A stretch of DNA of 64,000 nt, from the NCBI GenBank assembly GCA_026025075.1, contig JAPEUI010000026.1, positions 62,001 to 126,000 of the forward strand, written 5' to 3'. This DNA is from Vezdaea acicularis (lineage: Eukaryota). The number at the start of each line of letters is the position of its first letter. The first letter of the stretch is position 1. The position numbers and the translations under genes were made by a program. Below are positions 23,648 through 37,291 of this stretch, piece by piece. Below the pieces are notes generated by a model, which had not been told where the DNA came from, did no database searches, and worked only from the letters and a program-made list of their open reading frames with translations.

Positions 23648-24362
23648 ATGTCTAAAAATAAGATGTACCACCAGGCGGATGCCAAGGTGATGCTTGATGA
23701 TCGGGGCTACGATGGTCCACTCGTCAATGGTAAGAACCCAGTAGAGCTCATCGACCAGGTACTGCGTGACCGTATCACAAAGTCTTATTACTGGAATGAA
23801 CAATGCTTTGGATTAAACGCTGCCACTCTATGTGACCGAGCTGCTGAGTTGACTTACATTGGCGGCACGTACGGTAATGGGAGGCCAGCGCCGTTCCTGT
23901 GCTTGGCATTTAAGCTGCTGCAGCTTACACCAGAGCGGGAGATCATCGAGGTATTTCTAGCATCTGAGTTCAAGTGAGTAACTGCTCGCGCTAGTGAGAT
24001 TGCATCAGCACCAACTGTTCTTGCGTAGGTACCTGAAGGCACTGGCAGCGTTCTACGTACGCCTTACGTTCACGTCTGTCGATATATACCGGACCCTAGA
24101 ACCACTGCTCTCAGACTATAGCAAACTGAAGCAGCGGAGGAGACAAGACGAGCGCTTTATTCTCACATATGTTGACCAGTTTGTGGATGATCTCATCAGC
24201 AAGAAAATCGTCTGCGGCGCGACGTTGTGGAAGATGAAGAGTAGGCAAGAACTTGAGGAGAAGGATCAGTTGGATGAGAGGATAAGCCCATTGAGCGGCG
24301 AAATTGATGAGATCGACAATGAAGCAATTAATGGGCAGGAGGGGACCGAAACTGGCGATTAA
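23648..24362 (+). CDS. PRP38: Pre-mRNA splicing factor Prp38
   Basis: GKNP..LI..VLRDRITKSYYWNEQCFGLNAATLCDRAAEL..PAPFLCLAFKLLQL..EFK|YLKALAAFYVRL..LEPLLSDYSKLK. One intron ~23974-24028. Confidence 0.95.
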
Positions 24363-24731
24363 ACGATAGAGCACGTAAACGGCGACGAGGGAGCTTTCCA
24401 GTGCTGGTTGCATTCAATATGGAGCATTGACAGTGGCATGCATTCCCTAGGTCTTAAAGATACCCCGCGCCATGGTTTCACTAGAAATAATTGGATTTAA
24501 CTAAGCCAAAGCGCCTCTAAGAGAGTGATATTTCTCCGTGCATGCCACCAATGAATTGCAGGTACAATAAACAGTCTGTCGAAGACAATGGTAGATGACA
24601 AAAGGAACAGCTAATAAACCAGGCTATATCCCATAGTCCTGGGGCCATCACAATGCTAGTACACACTATGTATGTAGGTAGGTTATGGAATATCCGAACC
24701 TATCTGACTCCACTGATGATGTTAGTTGCGC

Positions 24732-26687
24732 TTACTCGCGAGCAGAGCGCATCTCTTCAAAGAATCCTTTCAGCTCTTCAGCAACAAAGTCCTCGATCCT
24801 CTCAGCGAGCTCCTCGGCCTTCTCGGCCGGATTCTTGGTTTCATAAGTAGCCTTGTGGCTGACAAACTCAAAGTCGGCTTCAATCTTCTCCACGGAGGAA
24901 AGTATGGACTTATTGGTCTTTTCGGATGTCTTGACCTCATATCCGCCCTCATTGATTATGCTGGAGTAATTTGATGAACCACCACCGTTCCACGCCAGGA
25001 TCTATATGGTTTAGCAGCTTTTCTGACAAATAACAGAGATTGAGACGGAGGCTTACATTTTCAGTATTGCTCGGAACATCACTAAGGGCACCAACTGTAC
25101 CGATGCTGATCAAATTCTTCTTAAGTTTCTTGGGAGTAATTTCAGCAACCGCATAAGCAGAGTCGCTTGAAGGTTGAAGAGAAAGATAGTAGGCGAGGAG
25201 CCCAGCAATATGAGGGGATGCCATTGAGGTTCCAGAAATGGTGTTGACGGCATACTTGCTGCCAATCCAAGTAGACTGGATGTTAAGGCCAGGAGCGAAG
25301 ATATCGTTGCACTTGCCGTAGTTCGAGAAATAGGCACGCTCATCAGATAAGGTTGAAGCACCGACCGTGACCGCATTTTCAGCGGCAGCTGGAGAGTAAC
25401 TGCAAGAGTCGGCATTGTCATTACCGGCGGCAACCGCGAAGTGAAGACCAGCTTCAGAGACTGCTGCGTTTACCGCAAGGTCAAGGGCAGCAGACTTGCC
25501 CCCACCCAGACTCATATTAGCAGTGCTGCCCTTGAAGCCCTTCTTCTTACCCTTCTTAGCCGCGGCAACATTATTCGCATGGCTTTCAGCGGCCCATTCA
25601 ACACCTTTCACGACGTCTGACATCGTACCGGAACCGTTGGACCGGAGAACCTTAACAGCATAGACGTTTGCCTTCTTGGCTACGCCATACTTGGTACCGG
25701 CGATTGTGCCCGAGCAGTGAGTACCGTGGCCGTTACCATCCTTATCTTCATCATTGGCGGGTATAGTCTTGCCCCAATGAGCTCGACCACCAAAGTCAAC
25801 ATGATCTGTGTTGGTGCCAGTATCAATAACATAAACGTCTACACCCTCACCACCGTCACCAGCATACAAGTATTTGTTGAAGGTGCTGAATGTTAGGCTG
25901 TCTCGATGTGAGATCCGGGCCAAGCCCCATGGGGCATTCTTTTCTAGCTCGCCAGCATCACTTTTCATAGTATGAACTACGGAATCTTTCTCAATAAATT
26001 CGACCTAGGATTTCTAGAATTAGCTCAGCCTCAACATATAAAAAGCGAAAGTCGTAAATAGTAAAGAGTATGGGGGATACGTGAGCTTAGGCATCACGTG
26101 CGTCATTTGGGGCGATAAGCGACAACACTATTGGGAGAGCTGCAAGACCATCCATAGGACGTCCGCAACGAGGGTAGATATGATAATATGATGACAAAGT
26201 GTTCCGAGAGAAGTAAATCACGGCAATGAAATGATGATGAGATAAAGGTAGAGGGTGATTAGACGCCACAAGACACAGAAATCGATTGATATCAACGTCA
26301 TTAGACACTCACATCTGGATGCCGTCGAACCTCTTCGATAACCTCTTCGTCAAAGTGTCCAGAGTATCCCAATAGTCCTCCCGCAATGTTGTACGTATGT
26401 TTCAATCCCTCAAAGATATCCGAAGCTATAGGCATGTGCGATCGCTTACGGAGCTCATTCTTGATGTGCTCGGACCCGGTATGTAGGTCTTGCACCCAGC
26501 TGTGGTGGACTTGAGCCGCAGCATCCGTTACATGCCTCTTGAACACTACGATATATGAATTGGGAATCTCTTCCGCATTTGATGAAGATACGATAGGTGC
26601 GGCGTCATTGTGGATGGTCCCAACTTGGAAGACAGGTGATGCCGAGACAAGTAGAGGTAGCAACGATAAGCCAAAGATCGACCTCAT
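24732..26687 (-). CDS. PRB1: Vacuolar subtilisin-like serine protease (proteinase B; Prb1/PepC/Alp2 type, I9 propeptide plus S8)
   Basis: Signal peptide and I9 prodomain (IPNSYIVVFK). Catalytic triad motifs VIDTG, GNGHGTHCSGT and SGTSMASPH. Introns 26005-26312 and 25002-25056; acidic C-terminal extension. Confidence 0.95.
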
Positions 26688-27525
26688 GATGAAGGTTACC
26701 GTGGTTGATTATCCTACCCACTGTAAAATAGGATGGTAACCTAGACAGGAAAGGGAATATTGAAAGAAGATGATTAGAACAAGGACGGATCGGTTGAGAA
26801 CGTGGAGGGCAGGATGATGTGATGAGGGTTCATGTGTCAGAAGGGTTGCTAGGTCGGCGGTGGCTGGGTTGCTCGGCGGATGCTGCCAAGGCCCCTTCGA
26901 TGGCGTGTGCAACCGCTTAATCAAGCTCTATGCAACCTGTCGCCGCCCGTAACCGAGCTTTGGCCCAACGTAGCGAAACGCACCAACTTAGCAAGATCCC
27001 GGCCTAGTGCTCGCGAGGCACCACTCTGCCTTGATGGTAAGGACAGGTGGACATGGCCAAATCGAGGGACTGCTCGTGTCAAAAGATCAAACACATGTAT
27101 GACGCAAATTGAATGTAGTTATATCAAAAATAGAAATCTAATCAGAGCCCATGGAGCTGAACCTCTGTTCGAGTGCGCTCGACTTTCGGCTGATTTGAAT
27201 AATTGACGACCCTGTATTACGCGTTTCAAACCCAAAAATCCTAAGCCACTTGTCGTGTGAGGTCGTGAATGTAAGAGATACTTCTCATGAAGCTCAATCT
27301 TGTCATTTATGAGAGCCCGATGGTCTTTGAAAGCTCAATTTGAATTGACGGCGGCTGGGTTTCCACATCGCCGGCAGCTTCTTTTTACTGGGCGTAAACC
27401 GGCGTTGACACCTTCGCTGAAGAAGTCCTGCGGACAGGAACAAATGGTTGTTACATGACTATCTGATAGATACGGGGCAATTGCCCTTCGAGCATTGCGC
27501 CAATCCTGAAGCGGCTATTAGATTG

Positions 27526-30500
27526 ATGGCCACCCGCCGCCATCGCTCGTCAACTACCATTGCTGCTTCGGCAGCAAATGTGAAGCTGACAGAAGAGCTC
27601 AAACCCCCAATAGAGGCATTATATGGTGCTTCGGAGTCATATGGATCACGTGCAAGTATTGCTCTTCTCCAAGAGAAGACTGACAATCTATATAGAATTC
27701 GACAATCTCTTGTCAACTCCACTGCGGAAAGCAAGGGCAGAGATGTTTTCCGGCAGCTCAAAGGGTTTCAGGTTCTTCTGCAAACTCTAAGATCAGTCTC
27801 GGGCTACTATGATCCAGAAAATCTCACTACCGAGCAAAAGACAGCATATTTTGAACTTCTTCGGGTCACTTTGAGCGTCCTTTCACAGGCTTTGGCGGAG
27901 CACCATGGGAACCGACGCTACTTCACGAGGCGGGTCGAGGGTGGAGGTTGGACTATCTTGGAGCAAACTATTGCAAGCACTGGTATTGGTGGAGCGGTTG
28001 CAGGTCAAAGGGCTGCTGATGACGACGGACAGGAGCAACTCTTTGGATGCCTATTCGCTTTCGCATTAGGAGAAGAGTCCTTTGTGACTATGTTTAGTGT
28101 CATCAGAAGACATTTGGAGTCTGCTAAAGCCTCAGATCCTAAGACGTCCGCGTATCCGTTGCGCTCAAACTCTGAATCAATCGATGAGGCTTCACTTCTG
28201 ATCCTTAGGAACAAAATCCAAAACTTACTAGGACGGAACGAACTTCTGGTGAATCCAGAGGTAATACCCTCCATCTACAACTTCTGGCTCTCCCTGCCAA
28301 AGGAAAAACAGGATCTAGACTATCAAACAAGGATAACGTCTTTGTCGGTCTTGCTAATTCTCGAAGTGTTGGCACTCTCCTCGCAGTACAACCTGGTAGC
28401 AATTCACTCTACAGGTCTGCTCTCAACCGCACTTCCTCATTTATTCGTTTCCCCTTTTATGGCATTCGAGACTGCTATATTGGGTAGAATTTTGAAAGCT
28501 CTGATTGAGATAGGAGTTTTCCAGCTAAAGGATGCAAGATTTCTCTACTCCGCAGCAATACGTTCATCAGAGGCTGCAGATTTCCTCCTACGAGCAATTA
28601 AGTCGGCTAGAGTTATACCTCTGGTTGAATTCGATTTGTCACGCCATGGATACTCTTCTATAGAGCTGAAAACCCTGGGGCGGTCTTTTCCACCCCAGAG
28701 CCCAAGTGCAGGGTACACATTTGCCGCATGGATGTGTGTCAATCATTTCGATAACTCTGCCCATACTACCATCTTCGGGGCTTTCGATTCAACTCAAACG
28801 TGCTTCGTGCTCGCTTATCTTGAAAAAGGCACGAATAATTTCATACTGCAGACTTCAGTAAAGTCACCTCGACCTAGTGTCCGCTTTAAATCGATGACTT
28901 TCAGCCAAGGTCGCTGGTACCACATTTCCCTCGTTCATCGACGTCCTCGTACAATATCATCAAGCAAGGCTAGCCTCTATGTTGACGGAGAATTTGTTGA
29001 GCAAGTCAAGTGCCAGTACCCGGCGGCGCCGCCTCCAGTCACATCGAAATCCGAGGACACCTCTCTATCTGGTTTATCTGGAAACACTTCTAGCGGAATC
29101 CAGGTGTTTTTAGGGACTCCTCAAGACCTTGCCACACGTCTTGGAAAGGGAATGATCTCTACTCGCTGGAGCTTTTCTAGTGCCCATCTCTTCGATGAGG
29201 CTATAAGTGATGATCTAATTGCGGTCTATCACCGGTTAGGGCCTCGATATAATGGCAACTTCCAGGATTGCCTTGGGTCTTTTCAGACGTATGAGGCTTC
29301 GGCAGCCTTGAATATGCGCAATGAAATGATGCATCCAGGAAAGGAGGAGAAGTCTGACATTGTGCTAGCAATAAGGTCGAATGCAAGCAATTTAATGTCC
29401 GAGACTCATGTGCTCCTCAACATATCGCCCACAAGTGTATTCAATAATGACGACCGTAACGGTATTGACGAGTCTGAACCAATAAAGTCTCTCTCAAAGC
29501 TTGCAGCTCAAAACTTTTATCGCTTGACGAGGTCTGGCGGAAACGCGATTGCAATAAATGGTGCAATTCCATCTGTCAACGAAGCGCTGTCTTATCCTCA
29601 TGGAGTTGCCGTATTGACGGGGAATCCAACTGTTCTAGTTCCCCAAGCTCTCGACGAAGCTAGCTGGCGTATTGGTGGCTGTGCCTCCGTCGGTCTTAAA
29701 ATGATCGAGGCTGCAAACACCAGAGAAAGCGTCGTTCGAGCCGTTGAGATACTCTTTGAATGTGTAAAGGGTAACTGGAGAAACAGTGAATCTATGGAAA
29801 GAGACAATGGATTTGGAGTGTTAGGCGGATTACTCAAAGGTAAGATGGGAGCAGGGACCGTAGTCGCGCCGACTGAACCCGGAAGATCTGCAGCTATAGA
29901 AGGTGGTTACCAGGAATGCGAGAGACTAAGCTTCGAGCTTCTAAGTTTGGTCTTGGGTTTTGTTGGATATCGCCATGAAAGACCAGAAAATTCTATCATC
30001 GTCAACCCGCTAGCCTACCGAATTCTGCTTATCGATTTCGACATGTGGCGTAAGGGTGCCCCTATCACTCAAAAGCTCTATTTTAAGCAATTTATTGTAT
30101 TTGGCTCTTTAAGTAAACACCATGTGTTCAACTCCAAGAGGCTGTTCCGGATGCGTAAGCTAAACCTCTCGGTCTTTTTTGCATGGTTGACTGTGACTGA
30201 TTTTTCTGGTAGGCATTGTCAAAAGGCTTGTCGAAGCCCTCAAAGGGGAGAAAATCTCTACAGAGGTCTTGGAAGACTTTATGGCAGCATTTAAGTCATT
30301 GGTCAGCTGCAATCTCACGGCAGAGGTCCTGCGTTCACTGTCTCTATTCATCACCTTCTCACTCCAAAAGCCCAAACAGTCCATAAGCTACTCCTTACGG
30401 CCTCAAACAAGCTCAATGCAATTAAGGCAATCCGTTGATAGTGCGCCCACCAGTAAGCAGATAAGGGCTCTCTCTGATAAGTTATCATGTCCGCCTAAAG

Positions 30501-33500
30501 ATTCGAAAGGTATGGTCAATCATGCTCAATTGGGCATAAGGGTCCTCCAGATGTATACGGACATTTTATGTGAAGATAAAACGGGCGTACACGTGAGAAA
30601 GTTCGCAAAGCAAGTGACCAATAAGGTAGGCATTTTGTCTTGATATCTAGAGCAACAGCTAATCTGACCCAGTGGCTTCTCTATCTTCTAGCTGAAGACG
30701 ATGAAACTGCTGTAGTTCTAGGCGCAAAGATTTTAGCTCGCTTGCTCGTCATACATGGACCTACATATGTGAGCAAGTTTGCAGCCAAGAGTGGTGGGTT
30801 CGCAATCATGCAGCACCGTCTCAGACGATGGTGGAATACACCTGCAATCTGGCCGATTTGCTTTGCAATTCTGTTTAACCTTGATGTGATCCACCTAGAT
30901 TTCGACCGCTCATTTGACTTATACAATCTACTTGATGCCTTCTTAAGCAACGAGGAGCTGAAGGTTGTATATCCGGAAGTACTTCCAGTGATTACAGCGC
31001 TCTTTAGAACCGGATTAAAGGTCATTGTTAAAGACCAATCCAATCCTGATACGCCATCTACTATCCAGAGCGAGAGAGACAGGCAGCGCTTATCTTCACG
31101 ACCTGAAAGACCAAGTCATGCACGGAGGCGGTCCATGTCTGTCGGCGCTGACCTGCATTCCAAGGGTAAGCATTCAATTATGCCATGCTGTGATTGAATA
31201 GCACCTAACTTAGTATTAGATCCAACTCAACCATTAGAACATAAACTTCAAGAATATGCGTCCCTTCTTGGTACCGTGTCTCACTTTCTTACCGACATTT
31301 ACGCTAGATCTGCAACTTTCCGTGAATTCGCGGTATCTTCGAGCCTAGTACAAGAACTCCTTTTCGTCCTGTTTCCCGTGGTCGTAAGCTCAGACGGTGT
31401 CAGTGCGGAGGCGGAATTACATTCGCGGGACTCAATTTTGAGCTCTAACGGCAGCGACGTGGTAATCAATCCACTGTCTCAAGCAGATACTGAATCGACA
31501 TCCATCGTTCGGGCGACAATTGTGGAATCACCGCAAAGTTCGTCTACTCGACGTGCTCGTCCCTTGCGCCGTGGTTCGTCATTTGTCTTAATTACATCGA
31601 AAAATGGACAAACAGGCCCATCCTCGACACGTTTGATGCCAATGTTATCCCCAAGAGCGAAATCAATGGCTCCGCTCAATGTTAGTAACTCGGTGGTTGA
31701 AGGCCTTCTTGATTTAATTCTGGTGATATTTGTGGACCAAGTTCTTGAGAGGAAGGACTTCCCCGGCTTTGGTCTCTTTTTGAAGGTTCCGCCTGGATTC
31801 CAAGAGCACCAAGCATACTTTAATTCATATATATTACGGAACACGCTCTCCCGACTCGGGAGCGTTATACAGCTTAACAAGCAGTTGCTTTGGGAGCCAA
31901 GAGTTTTAACTAATTTAGCGCGCTTTACAACTCATTTGTGCGAAGCATTACTTGAAGGCTGGTTCATAAATGGATCAGAGCCATTACTAGATTTCACTGG
32001 GGTGACCCTAGAATATTTACAATCACCCGATATTTCTGCAATCAAAAGCGTCCGTCTATGTTCTCAAGCGACAGCTACAATTCGTTCAGTCTTCTTGAAG
32101 GTAATCCTAATTCGCCTATCTGAGCTAGAAGAGAAGGGCACGACAGTTACAGATACAGTTAATTTTTTGAATAAGATGATGTTCTGGCAAACTATCTTCT
32201 TGTCTTCGGAGAATACCGAAGGCAATTTCATGCGCTTGATTTGCTATCTACTATACATCAAGCTAGTTGATGCGCGAGAAGACGTGCGCTTTGCATCTGC
32301 AGACCTGTGGCGTATGCTTCTTGTTCAGAGACCCGACGAAACGTCCTCTATCCTGAATCAGGCAATTACGATCGATCAAAAGTCGATCTCTTCAGGGTTT
32401 AAGAAGCTCGCGGAAGTTGACAATGATACTTTTATATATTGGATTGACGAGCATCGTGACCCCTTGGACAACTTTTTCCTTGGCACCATGTCTAGACCCT
32501 GGGAGAAGTTCGTCGTTGACGAAAACCGCAAAATTGATGATGCTGCGCAAATTCGACTCTCCAAACGAAAGGACAAGCTGAAGCAATGGGCCACCGAGGA
32601 GATGGCGAACGAAGACATTTTCCGTACTCATGAAGTTGCAACAGGACACTGGATGGCAAACATATATGCCTCTGAGCATCTAAAACACCAAAGAGCGATG
32701 CAAGACCAGCAAGATAACCTAAACTTTATAGCCTCAACCTTCACAAAACTCGATAGAGAATTACGCCGACCTGGTGCGCTTCTGGAAGATGGCAAATCTG
32801 AGGAGTGGCAACTTGATCAAACTGAAGGTCGAAATCGGAAAAGAATGAGACTTTTACCTGATCGTACGATTGATCAACAGGACTATAAGCCTAAAAGGAA
32901 AGCCTCGGAGTCTCTTTGGTCTACTAATTTGAAGCTCAACACCAGGGTTGACTCTTTGACGTCCCTTGACTCAAATACAGCTACGCCTATCTCAACCAAG
33001 GGATCCACTTTTTCTGAATCTTCCGTCACTCACACAGCTTCTTTCGAAAGAACGGAGCTGACTCAAGAGCCTGAAGAGCATGAGGAGGGGTTTGAAATAG
33101 TGGACGGACCGACAAATAGTGAAGATGGCTATGAAGACAAGAATCGGAAGGTAATACGGACCCTACAACGTGGTGACCAGATCGAGCGGGTCTATAACAT
33201 TTCGCGGATAATCGGGCTGGAGGCCTGTGAAGGGCTATTGATCTTAGGAAAAGACTCTCTTTATCTTCTCGACAACTTCTTTCAAAGATCCGACGGCGAA
33301 ATTGTCAACGTCTGGCAAGCTGCTAAAGATGAGCGAGACCCGTACCTTCAAATGATTTCGGGGCGAGAGCCAAGTAACAAAAAGCCACGACTAAAAACAG
33401 ACGAGCACGAAACAAGAAATTGGAGATGGGCAGACGTTCTTAGCGTGTCAAAGCGCCGCTTCCTTTTCCGCGACGTTGCTATCGAAGCTTTTTTTACAGA

Positions 33501-35738
33501 CGGGCGAAGCTATCTACTTACAGCCGGGTCTGCCAAATCTCGCGATGAGCTGTTCCTTAAATTGCTCGCTAAAGCTCCCCAAGCAGGTGGAAATGCAGCC
33601 CCGTCGAACCCTGAAGACGAGTGGAGGCTGGATGCACTCAAGAGCCCCGAAGATGTGCCGCAGACCTTTGGATCTAAGTTTGCCAGCGTCTTCAATCCTA
33701 CTTCCTCTAACCCGGCAACACGAAAATGGGCAAAAGGCGAAATATCCAATTTTCACTATCTCATGCTGGTCAATACTATGGCAGGCAGGACTTTCAACGA
33801 TCTTACGCAATACCCAGTTTTCCCTTGGGTTCTCGCAGATTATACAAGTGATGAGCTCGATTTGACCAATCCACGAAGCTTCCGAGACCTGTCGAAACCT
33901 ATGGGCTGCCAGACCCTCGAACGGCAAGCTGAGTTTCGAGATCGATACAAATCGTTCGCTGAGATGGGAGACGAGACTGCACCACCTTTCCATTATGGAA
34001 CACATTACTCTTCAGCAATGATCGTAACTTCTTACCTCATACGGCTTCAGCCATTTGTACAGTCATACCTACTATTGCAGGGCGGTACTTTTGATTATGC
34101 TGATAGACTTTTCTATTCTATTCGCAAGGCATGGACCTCTGCTTCTTGCGAAAACATGACGGACGTGCGGGAACTGATACCAGAATTTTTTTACCTCCCC
34201 GAATTTCTAATTAACTCGAACGGCTACAATTTTGGGCTGAGACAGGGTACGGGCGGACACATTGATTCAGTTGAACTTCCACCCTGGGCGAAAGGCGACC
34301 CAAAGATCTTCGTCACGAAACATCGAGAGGCTCTTGAAAGTCCTTTCGTCAGTAAACAACTTCATCAATGGATAGATCTCATATTTGGCTTTAAGCAACG
34401 AGGCGAGGCCGCACTTGAAGCGACCAACGTCTTCCATCACTTGTCATATCGCGGCGCAAAAGATCTTGATGCTATTGACGACCCTGTTGAGAGACTAGCT
34501 ACAATAGGTATCATCCATAACTTTGGACAGACTCCTCACCAGGTTTTCACAAAACCTCATGTTAGCCGAGAAGTTATTAGTCATAAGTTCAAAAGACTTG
34601 ACACAGCTGCTGAATCCTTAACGCGACATTCTTTTCCAATACTCGGTAAGAATTGAAAGGCTTCTTTTTCTTGGTTGAGGTCAGACTCTAACCCTCAATT
34701 GTAGAAAGCCAAGAACGAGTGTCCTCACTTTTGTACTCCAGGAAACAAGACAGACTCCTCTGTTCTGCGGCATTCAGAATCAATATTCCACCTAATTACG
34801 ATAAATACATGGAATGGGGGTTCATAGACGGTAGCGCTAGATTCTACATAGCTGACACTAGAAAGGTACGTCCCTTTCATCCAACAAATTGGCTACAAAC
34901 TGATACCCCTAGCTCGTTGGTCTCTTCGAACACCTCCACGTTGGGCAGCTTTCATGCGCAATCTTTGTAGATTCGAGGACACTAATTACTGCAGGGGCTG
35001 ACTGTACCATATCTGTTTGGTCTGTCATATCTGGGCCAAAGTCGGTCGACTTGAAACCAAGGGGTACTCTTTTTGGGCATACTAATCCTGTCAATGTCCT
35101 CGCATTATCCAGATCTTTTAGTACCTTCTTGTCTGCCTCTGCAGATGGGGAAGTAATCTTGTGGGACATGAATCGTCTGGAATTCGTACGAAAATTAGCC
35201 ACAGGCGACTCGGTCGACGTAAATGCCCTTTCCCTTCACAGAAGATAATGCTGACGATGATTTCTTAGTGTGCACGGATTAACGATGTTACTGGGGACGT
35301 GTTAATATGTCGGGGACCCTCTGTAACCCTATTTACGTTAAACGGAGACCAGATCCTACATCACACTGCCTGTAATCCAACGGATGATTATATCACGTCT
35401 TGCGCCTTCTACGAAGGTACTGGAAACGAATGGCTTGAGCGCGAGCTTATCTTCACAGGACATAAATATGGGGTTGTAAACGTCGGTCCCCTATGTTCCC
35501 CATTGTATTCTCTCTATTAATTTACCTCTAGGTGTGGAGTAGAAAGATTCGAAATGGAAGATTCGTTCTAGACCTCGTTAAGCGTCTCAACCATGTTCAT
35601 AGAGCAAGCGAGGAAGGATCCAATGCACAAGTTGCCATATCCTACATTCTTCCGATGCCCCAGACGCTTTACACTGGCGATGAAAACGGCAACGTGTACG
35701 AGTGGGACTGTGTACAGAGGCATGATGACAAGAGTTAA
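27526..35738 (+). CDS. BPH1: BEACH-domain protein (ConA-like/DUF4704, PH, BEACH, WD40); Bph1/Lvs1/neurobeachin family
   Basis: BEACH motifs WAKGEISNFHYLMLVNTMAGRTFNDLTQYPVFPWVLADY, FHYGTHYSS, VRELIPEFFYLPEFL and NFGQTPHQVF. PH motif KRRFLFRDVAIE. WD40 exons at 34.7-35.7 kb. Several short introns. Confidence 0.94.
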
Positions 35739-36104
35739 GCTCGCGTGCGTGTTCACATGGTATCCTGGGGCGTCTTTTTGAATAACTTTCATTCATAGCT
35801 TCGGCATTATGTGGCGTCTTAGATAGCATCTATCTCCCCATGCATATAGTTATCAATAAGGAAGAATTAATTCATTGTAAGTAAATCATGTGAATGTGTG
35901 CCATCATCCCTGGCCACTTGTCTCACCGCCTTTTTTCTGCCAGCTGCAACATTTTACAATTGTTCGCAAGCTAGTCTACCCTCCATCATCAACGACCATT
36001 TGTAGAACATCTAAGGATGATTTAATACAGAAGTGTATCGATATTCTCCTTGCCATGGCCCATCTCCACAAGATATTCTTCGAGTATTATTGATATAAAC
36101 CACG

Positions 36105-37183
36105 ATGTCTACGTTTATCCCTCTCACGTCTTTCCCGAATCTGACGTCTCTGCCTCGGTCCTATTTCTTAGGTCATCACCGTAGTGGATTCTCGAAGATG
36201 AAGACTATGCTCTCGAGCATAGATCTCGTGATAGAGTGCCGCGATTATCGAATTCCTCTTACCTCCCGCAATCCAATGTTCGAGGATAGCTTAGGAGGGA
36301 AAGACCGAATGATCTTGTACACAAAGCAGGACTTAGGGAGCCGCGGGCGCCCAGAAGATCATCGTGTACGACGATATGCCCCCCTACCGATCCACAAAAT
36401 GTACCAACGCTGATCCATCTATAGCGCGAAACCAGGCTTCGCAATTATCTTGCTCCGACCCCAATCCTTTTCTCTGACCACAAAGCCCAGCATAGCATCC
36501 AGCAGATCCTGAACTTCTTAAGATCCCACTCTATAGCGAAGGACTCCTTAACCGGCTCGCGAATACTCATAGTGGGCATGCCAAACGTAGGGAAGTCTTC
36601 CATGCTTAATGCGTTGCGGCTCCATGGCGTACACAAGCGCAAAGTTGCAATAACCGGTGCACAACCGGGTGTGACGAGGAAAATAGCTACAGCTGTGAAA
36701 ATAATAGAAGGTGCCGAGGGCCAAGAGGGACTTTACATAGTGGATACACCGGGTGTGTTTGTACCTTATGTGCCGGACGCAGAGGCAATGCTCAAGCTTG
36801 CACTCTGCGGGAGTGTCAAGGATACAATTATTGCGCCGATTACGCTTGCTGGCTACCTTCTATATCATTTGAACTTACATGACCCCAACATATATAGTCA
36901 GTATCATGAGCCTACAAATGATGTAACACCTCTTCTTGAAGCCATCGCAAAGAAGACTGGACGCTTGCAGAAAGGTGGTGTCCCCGACTCCGAGGCGGCT
37001 GCCCTCTGGATGATACAGCGTTGGCGAAAGGGCCACATGGGCATCTTTGTGTTGGATGAAGTATCTAGTATCACAATAGCACATCAAGGAGAGGGTATGC
37101 TCCCAAGCCTCAGCCAAGCAAAACGAACAGAGAAGGAGGCGAGGAGAGCAAGAACCCGACGAAGGCTTTCTGAAGCTGGTTAA
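36105..37183 (+). CDS. MTG1: Mitochondrial ribosome-assembly GTPase Mtg1 (circularly permuted YlqF/RbgA family)
   Basis: SYFLGHH, DLVIECRDYRIPLTSRNP, G4 TKQD, G1 GMPNVGKSS, PGVTR, DTPG. One intron ~36365-36424. Confidence 0.94.
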
Positions 37184-37291
37184 ATGCAGTTTCTGACCTA
37201 GTATAATTCTTTCGCTCAATGTGATACCCATCCCGTTTATAAACCTCAAATCGAGGCGCCTGAAAATGCATTTGACCATCCTTGAGTCCGT

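Noticed and set aside
27448..27525. Upstream extension of the BEACH ORF
   Set aside because: Begins at TTG; the first ATG is at 27526.
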